Assembly (NCBI RefSeq): GCF_000315625.1
Contig: NW_005434613.1
Coordinates: 430,809 to 494,808 of the forward strand
Length of the DNA stretch: 64,000 bases
Reading direction: 5' to 3'
Source: Guillardia theta CCMP2712
Lineage: Eukaryota > Protista > Cryptophyta
Below are positions 57,259 through 64,000 of this stretch, piece by piece (the stretch's first letter is position 1; each line of letters begins with the position of its first letter). The notes under the pieces are model-generated. The model worked only from the letters and a program-made list of their open reading frames with translations, made no database searches and was not told where the DNA came from. The translations under genes and the position numbers were made by a program.

Positions 57259-58545
57259 GTCATCGTATTCTGCATCGTGCACTTCCTCCTCCTCCTTGCT
57301 GTCTTCATCATCGCATTCCGAATCCAGGATTCGATTAAACTCCGCATAATTACGATCAAAGTCTCCGGATGAAAGGCTATCTGCTTCGATGTCGCCTTCC
57401 GAGATCTCAATGACTTCTGTATCAAGTTCTGCCTCTCCACGCTCCGTCTCAGCGCTCTCCCTCTCTCTCTCAGCTCTCCTCCGCCCCCTCTCCGCCTGTA
57501 CTCGCTGCTTCTCCGCTCCCTCCCGCTTCTGCTCGCCGTCGACTCGCTGCTTCTCCGCTCCCTCCCGCTTCTGCTCGCCGTCGACTCGCTGCTTCTCCGC
57601 CTCCACCCGCTTCTGCTCGCCGTCGACTCGCTGCTTCTCCGCTCCCTCCCGCTTCTGCTCGCCGTCGACTCGCTGCTTCTCCGCCTCCACCCGCTTCTGC
57701 TCGCCGTCGACTCGCTGCTTCTCCGCCTCCACCCGCTTCTGCTCGCCGTCGACTCGCTGCTTCTCCGCTCCCTCCCGCTTCTGCTCGCCGTCGACTCGCT
57801 GCTTCTCCGCTCCCTCCCGCTTCTGCTCGCCGTCGACTCGCTGCTTCTCCGCTCCCTCCCGCTTCTGCTCGCCGTCGACTCGCTGCTTCTCCGCCTCCAC
57901 CCTCTTCTGCTCGCCGTCGACTCGCTGCTTCTCCGCCTCCACCCGCTTCTGCTCGCCGTCGACTCGCTGCTTCTCCGCTCCCTCCCGCTTCTGCTCGCCG
58001 TCGACTCGCTGCTTCTCCGCCTCCACCCGCTTCTGCTCACGGTCTTGTCGTTGTTGCTCTTGAGCATCTCGCTTGGTCTCTTGCGCTTGTCGGTGTTCGT
58101 CATGTTGCACCACTTGCCTCATCAATTCGGCCCAATGATTAACGCGATCGCTCAGTTCTTGACATTTTTCTTCGGCTTTTTGACATCTTTGCTCGGCGTC
58201 TGTACATCTTTTTTGCAATTCTTGCATTTCTTTCATGATCAACGAGTAGTTTATCTCCTGGTGTTGGCTGTAAATCTCGGGTTGCGCTTCAGGACGCACA
58301 GGTCTGGGGGGCTTGCATCCCCTCCTTGCAACGTTCGAGTACTGCATGTCACCCGTTTCAGTCTCGCTCGTTTGCCGCTCCTGAGTGTCAAGGTCCTCCA
58401 TCACTGAAAGTGGAAGCAGCCCAGCAGGCGAGTGGTTCTGGCCCGCTACATGCTCGTGGCGCCCAGCCGCTTCGTTGCGCACCTCCACAGGACATTGAGC
58501 AAGTGCTTGCTGACGCAAATCATGAAAAATTGACGAACTTGCCAT
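57109..58545 (-). CDS. Intronless coiled-coil protein with 13 x 14-aa repeats, poly-Asp tract and basic C-terminus
   Basis: MASSSIFHDL start at 58545; EQKR(VE/EG)AEKQRVDG x13; acidic tract; C-terminal RAKRRKT is NLS-like. Confidence 0.65.
57493..58038. repeat. Coding 42-bp minisatellite, 13 copies, two main variants
   Basis: 546 bp = 13 x 42. Protein-order pattern A B A A B B B A A B A B B (A = VE, B = EG). Confidence 0.95.
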
Positions 58546-59200
58546 ATCTGTCAGAGCAGTCAGTAAATTCGATTGAATCACTAGGGAAGCTGAGGTAGGA
58601 AACGACCAGCATTAAATTTAGATAAAAACGAAGCAGGCACTGCAGTCTGCTCTCTTCCCCTCTCCCTCTCCCTCTTCTTGTCTCTCTCCTTTTCACTCTC
58701 CCTCCTTCTCCCTCCCTCTTCCTCTCCTCCCTCCCTCCCTCTGCCTCCTCTCCCTGTCCCTCCCTGTCCCTCCCTGTCCCTCCCTGTCCCTCCCTGTCCC
58801 TTCCTGCCTGCCTGCAGTCGTCCTCTCTCCTGCCATCAGGCTATAGGTTCGTGGCAAAACTACCCCTACCTACCGACTGTGTAAAACCCCTACCCCCACA
58901 AAGCCGTACTTCTTATGGTACCCCTCATTATAAGTGAAAATACCCCACCCTTTGATAAGCCAAACTTTAGTGATTTACGTCAGACCCCAGCAGATCACTC
59001 CGTTCACTACCCCTACCAGCTCCAGCGGACAATCCCACAAAACATGGTGAAATTTCACAGTATATTTGAATTATTTCGTGAATATTTCGAATGTGATGCA
59101 GAATAAATGTCGTGGGGCATCAAACTCCTGCCGAAGCAACCAAAAAAAAAAACTTAACCTTTAATCGACAAAAGGACTCCCGAAGGAGTCCTGGACCAGC

Positions 59201-61334
59201 ATGACAGGGGTCATTGATAGGTTTCAATCACCCATCCAATGGGGCTGTATGAGGGTCTTAAAAAAGAAAAAAAAATCTTCCCGCCTTCCCGGAGTCCGAC
59301 GGAAAGTTTGTGGCTGCTCGTTTCATCTTTATTCAAAACCATTCACGAGAGTCGTCAAATGTGGGTTATACTCGAGACTCAAGGCAGAGAACAGATCGAT
59401 TTTAGACGTGATCGACAGATGGGTATTACATATCAGTCAGATCACATCAAGAGGCAGTATGATATTCAACTGTTTTCTGATATGGGGCAGGGATACAGGG
59501 AATTTACGATATGTAGTGGATGAAATCAAGAGAGCCAAATCGACCTTTTTCTGGAATGTTTTTACACTTGGAATGGAACAACATAGCCGTACAGATAACA
59601 AGTATCCAACTCTACAACGTTTCTGGTCAGAGAAAAGACATCTTTTCGTTGATTTATGTAGAATTCGAGGAGACTCGCAAGCTATTGTATTCGCTGCAAA
59701 TCAATATGGAACGAATTTCTACCAAGACCTGAAAGCAAATTTTACAAACCGATTGGAAAAGTTCATTGCCGAATTCTGCAAAGGAGAGTTACATATTAAC
59801 CATCAGCAAGAAATCGAAGACGTGAAGAATGTATTGTTTCAAAGGAAAGATTACGAGTTGAAGACAGAAGTGTTTAACAGGAATAATTCACAGCAGATAG
59901 GAACCTTCATCGACCATATGAAACAACTAATTGGATTATCGGGGTACGAAGATCTTTTTAGTTTCAAATATGACAAATTTGATCATAGGTTGCAGAAAAA
60001 TCTGTTTGAGATAATCGAGACACACATGTTCATGTTGAAGTTCTTCGAAGATCGTGGTCTCTCGAAAAAAACATTCAAGGCAGCACCAATGTCGAAATTC
60101 GGCAGAAAACATCTAACAATCGATAATGATGTGATGTATTACATTTTGAAAGAAGCGAACAGTTTGAAACCGGGAGAAGATAAAAAATCGTTCATGAGAA
60201 TAGATCAAACTTTGGAGAACTCTAAGAATTTCAGAAGGATTTTCGACTGTTCGAATCTGTTCAGAGATCAGAGAGAGGAGATTACAAGTATCACGACAGA
60301 CGGTGTATCGGTTTGTTTTCGCTTCACGTTAATTGTCAAAACAATCGATGGACTCGAACAGGAACCTTCATTGCGCACTACCAAATGGCTTGCCGATAGA
60401 AAAAGGGCTGAACGGAAATCGGCGAAGAAGATATCAATATCATACAAAGTATTACATGAAAATTCAGAATACCAAAGAGAGATCGAAGAATGTAAAAATT
60501 GCCCAAGGGTAATTGCGATCGACCCTGGGAGGAGCGTCATTATATCGGCCGTCGAACAATTCAGAGATGATCAACAAATAATCAGAAAAAGATTTCAGTT
60601 TTCGAGAAAACAATATTATCACGAGTCACATCTGAATCGCAATAAAAAGAAAAGAAAGACGTGGGATCAAGATATTCAATCGACATTGCACTATCTCAAG
60701 GGGTTCTCGAGTAAGTCTGGCGGCAGTCTATCAAGATTCGAAGACTATCTTCTTGCAGTTACAAGTCATTGGGAGGAGTTAACTTCGCATTATTCAAAGC
60801 GAAAATACGCCAGGATGAAATTCGACATCTACATTTCGAAACGAAAGTCAGTCGACAGGTTTATCCGTACAATGAAAGGAAAGGGAGAAATAGAACCTGT
60901 TATCGCATATGGAAATGCAAGGTTCCCGTCTACAGGACGTCGAGGAGAAAGGCCTGTACCGGTCAGGTGGATAAGAAGAAGATTCGAGAATCACTACAGA
61001 GTCGTAGATGTTGACGAATACCGTACTACCAAGTGCTGTAACGATTGTGGTTCTGAGCTCGATGTGCTTCGACGGATTGAAAATACAGGGAAAGAACCAG
61101 ACGAGACCTGTAGGTTGAAAACAAGGAAAAGTGAAGTACGAGGATTGAAATTTTGCAGATCATCGAGGTAATGTCAAGTTTTGTATACTCCTGTAATTCA
61201 CCTTTTCATCTAACTGTTATCGTGACAGCTGTAAAGGAAAGCCGATCAAATCCAGGGACTTGAATGCTGCACTGAATATACTCACTTGTTTCAATGTGTT
61301 TCCTGAAAGACCGAATCACCTACGTCGCCCCTGA
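59201..61334 (+). CDS. Fz1: Fanzor1 RNA-guided DNA endonuclease (TnpB/Cas12 family), 690 aa; exons 59201-61167 and 61229-61334
   Basis: SITTDGVSV; RuvC-I VIAIDPGRSVII (D441); IAYGNARF (Gly at the canonical Glu position); shifted catalytic Glu in VDEYRTTKCCNDC (E606); Zn finger CCNDC...CRSS|SC; RuvC-III SRDLNAALNI (D666) in exon 2; N-terminal KKKKK NLS-like motif. Confidence 0.95.
61168..61228 (+). other. 61-bp phase-2 spliceosomal intron in the Fanzor gene
   Basis: AG|GTAATG donor, CTAAC branch site at 61210-61214, ACAG| acceptor. Splicing restores the frame through RuvC-III to TGA at 61332-61334. Confidence 0.92.
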
Positions 61335-61548
61335 GGTGAATTCAATGATTGTTGTCGCCCCCTCCCTACCCAGACTGCGTCCCTCGGGACTCGATGCCTA
61401 ATTCCCTGCCTGCCTGCCTGCCCGGTGCCTGCCTCCATTATGATCCGATGTTTACGACATGTGATCATTGAAGTGACTGACTGGCATCATTTGGTAGGAT
61501 TCATGTAAGGCTCCAACAACATCCGAAGACAATTTGGCAAAAAAAAAC

Positions 61549-61726
61549 AACTGCCGTTGTATGACGGAGAGTCGCGGCTCTCAATCATACGACGGCAGTT
61601 CTGTGCGAAAACTTAGTTCGTCGTTCAGAAGGGTATTCACATATTCCGTCACATCATGAGGGAGAGTACCCGTGGTAGATAGATTCGTGGCGTTTATCTA
61701 TTAAAGTTACAAAAAACAAGTTTCAC
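61549..61726 (+). ncRNA. Candidate Fanzor omegaRNA (scaffold ~61549-61706 plus flank-derived guide from ~61707)
   Basis: Hairpin 1 at 61549-61600 (16-bp stem with one G.U plus a GAGAG/CTCTC upper stem); hairpin 2 GGGTATTC/GAGTACCC at 61631-61671; hairpin 3 TAGATAGA/TTTATCTA at 61676-61700. All non-Watson-Crick stem pairs are G.U on the + strand. Lies downstream of the ORF and abuts the element end. Confidence 0.7.
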
Positions 61727-63093
61727 TTAACCGCCGGGGTGGTTCCTATCGTGAGTCTACCCCCCGGGCCCCGGGCTGAATCTTCAGTGTCGCTCAGTTG
61801 TTCCCCCGGGCCCGAGGTGGGGGATGAGGGGCACAAATCCGAGTGGGGATGAGGGCCCAGCGCGCACATAAGGAGACGACGGGTGGTCTGCAAATGGAGG
61901 CGGATCTATGGTAAGAAAGAGGGGTAGTATACGAGGGGGGTGGAGACAGATTTGTATCTTGGGGGTGGGGTATTTGAGCATTGGGGTAGAGGTCCAAATG
62001 GAGTACATGGAAGGGGGTGAAAGCAGAGCATTCATAGTACCCGAAATAGTCTGAAGAGGGGGTACTAGGGAGAGAGGGTCTGTTCATCAGGGGTACCAGT
62101 GTTTTTTTTGAGGGAAGGGGGTACATAGAAAAGCATGATCGAGAAGGTCTGGCATAGGGGGTGGGGTAGAAAGGAGAGGGGTGGGGGTAGGGGGTCACGA
62201 GGTTGGAGGCCGCGAGGAGAGGCCGCCATGATGAAGAAGGTGAGGGCGACAAAAATGAGAAGAAGATGAGAAGATGAGAAGATGAGAAGACGATCAGTTG
62301 ATATAATGATGATGTGATGATGCTGTACGTCATGATGGCGAAGATATGTCGATTAGAGGAGGTGGAGCTAGCGCTTGATATGAAAATTGTATCGTACAAT
62401 GGTGGAAGCGATAGATACCAGTCGGTTTTACCAGAAGTGAAGAGAGTGTAAAAGTAGATGATCGATTCCTGTTGTAACAAGAGTAAGAATGAGAACCAAG
62501 TGACGCAAAGGCTAAGTTGACAGCAAAGAAAGGGTACATAGACATCTATTATAGAGTTTGTGAGCATGACGTCATTGGGGGTAGTTTGTTTAAGTCAAGG
62601 AGTACAGGGACGTGTGAGAGTCGCTGGCAAAGTATTTGAAGTTAAGAGAAGTCAGTTTCATGTGATGTATCAAAGAACATTCGTTTCCATGATCCACTGG
62701 AACAGCACTATGGTTATGAAGTCAGATGTCACTTGGAAAGTCTCTGTGCCTAATGGGATGGAGAGAGGGGAGGAGATGAGAATTTAGATCGATGAAATGT
62801 TGTTGGAATGAGTGAGTACTTTATGAAGCTATCGATAGGTTATGTTCTCAGATGCATCTGATGGATGGTGGTGTTGATGCTTGAAGATGGGATTTGTTTT
62901 TGTGGACCATGGAGTGATACTCCATGATGGCGATGAGAGGTCGATATGAGAGTCCTTTGATCTGTCAATGGTGTACGCAGCTTAGTAGCAATGTCGACAG
63001 TAGAAGCAGCCGGTAGGAGCAGCCGGTAGGAGCAGCCGGTACCAGTGAAGCAGTAGTGACAAGCAAGGAAGTCAAAGGATGTAACACGATAAG

Positions 63094-64000
63094 ATGAGAA
63101 AGTGGAAGTGGGTTTGGAATTGTGCCTGGTTAACATAGACGAGGAAAGGAGAGGACAGTTGCTTGCTGTTTTTCGTCTCATCTTCTTCTTGGCTCCTCCT
63201 GACTCCTGCCACCAGTTGTGTCTCTTTGCTGCCGCTGTCGCATCCGCCGCAGCCTTCGCTCCTGGACTTCCGTCCGCCCAGCGCGTTCCTAGCAAGGCTG
63301 CGCTGGTACTGGAGGGAGAAGGGAAAGAAAGGGAGGAGGGAAGCGATGGGGGAGGGGAAGGAGGAAGGGAGGAGGAGGAATGAGGATGATTGAAGTGCGC
63401 AGACCAACCTTCACATGGGCAAGAACATCTACGAGAAGAAGGATATCGTCAAGCAGGTTTCCGAGGACCTCGCCAGCTCTCAGTTCATCTTCTCCACGGA
63501 AATGAAGCAGATCACTGTCCCCCAGGTGAGGAGCGAGAGATGGACGGAAGGGCGGTAGGGAGGGGGGGTGGGGTCGTCGCTCCTCGGTCGTCTCCTCATG
63601 GCCCCTCAGATCCGTGAGCTTCGCTGGAGTCTCCCGGAGGACTCTAAGGCCTCCTGCATCAAGAACCGCCTCCTCAAGGTAGGAGGAGGAGGAGGAGGAG
63701 GAGGAGGAGGAGGAGGCTCACTGCAAGACAGAGAGCGGCGGCGGGAACCGAGGTGGGAGGTTGGTGAAGGATGCGGCTAAGGGATCGGACAACCTCTGGG
63801 TGTTCGTTGGAAGTGACATCAAGGTACTTTCATAGTCTCTCCTCTTACCTTCTCCTCGTTTGTTTCCCTCTTTTCCCGACCAACCTCCCCATGAGTACCC
63901 GATGGTACGACCTCTCTTCGACCGACTCTTTGCCGTTGGTACTCGCCCTCGAACTGGCACCCATCAGGTCCTGAAGACCTCCTGGATCCTGGAAACAATG
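63094..64000 (+). CDS. rpl10: Nucleus-encoded plastid 50S ribosomal protein L10 (partial, runs off the window)
   Basis: Bipartite leader LCLFAAAVASAAA-FAPG; MGKNIYEKKDIVKQVSEDLASSQFIFSTEMKQITVPQ|IRELRWSLPEDSKASCIKNRLLK...NLWVFVGSDIK matches the uL10 N-terminus. Start exon uncertain. Confidence 0.75.

Larger units (their letters stand above)
59159..61706 (+). mobile_element. Non-autonomous Fanzor-carrying element (no transposase)
   Basis: Inverted termini CTTTAAT (59159-59165) and ATTAAAG (61700-61706), extending imperfectly inward. TTAAC lies immediately 5'. Subterminal hairpin at 59173-59192. Visibly AT-richer than host genes. Exact ends are inferred. Confidence 0.65.

Noticed and set aside
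57493-58038. Regular repeat array next to a Cas12-like gene as a CRISPR array
   Set aside because: Units are contiguous 42-bp tandem copies with no unique spacers and keep an in-frame coiled-coil reading; this is a coding minisatellite.
59201-61171. Fanzor as a truncated pseudogene
   Set aside because: A canonical 61-bp intron with branch site restores the zinc finger and RuvC-III.
59201-61334. Bacterial IS200/IS605 or IS607 TnpB contamination
   Set aside because: Spliceosomal intron, NLS-like motif, Fanzor1 size and contiguity with intron-rich host genes; no tnpA nearby.
61794-62787. ORFs downstream of the Fanzor as a partner transposase
   Set aside because: No DDE, HUH, serine or tyrosine recombinase motifs; composition reflects low-complexity intergenic DNA.

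Overview
Eukaryotic nuclear DNA, not prokaryotic. It is gene-dense, with many short GT-AG introns often filled with (CCT)n/(GAG)n/(GAT)n microsatellites, and has five N-gaps. The intron style and an ASAFAP-type plastid leader point to an alga with a complex red plastid, most likely the cryptophyte Guillardia theta (inference). The standout is a ~2.55 kb AT-richer element (about 59159-61706) encoding a Fanzor1, a eukaryotic TnpB/Cas12-like RNA-guided endonuclease. The 656-aa ORF in the track looks truncated, but a 61-bp spliceosomal intron (61168-61228) restores a 690-aa protein with a complete RuvC triad (D441, E606, D666) and a zinc finger. Three G.U-containing hairpins follow the gene (candidate omegaRNA scaffold, 61549-61706). 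The element is bounded by short inverted termini (CTTTAAT/ATTAAAG), with TTAAC directly 5' of the left end as the candidate TAM, and carries no transposase. Host genes: an RCC1-like repeat protein, a large membrane alpha/beta-hydrolase/Cys-rich/Kelch mosaic, KH, SAP, a tandem double SK-type K+ channel, a RING/RBR-like E3, a cNMP-binding protein, MORN, WD40, a RAP/OPR-like protein, a 42-bp-repeat coiled-coil protein and plastid-targeted ribosomal protein L10. A small dispersed intergenic repeat family (MITE-like) is also visible. Ends of multi-exon genes are approximate.
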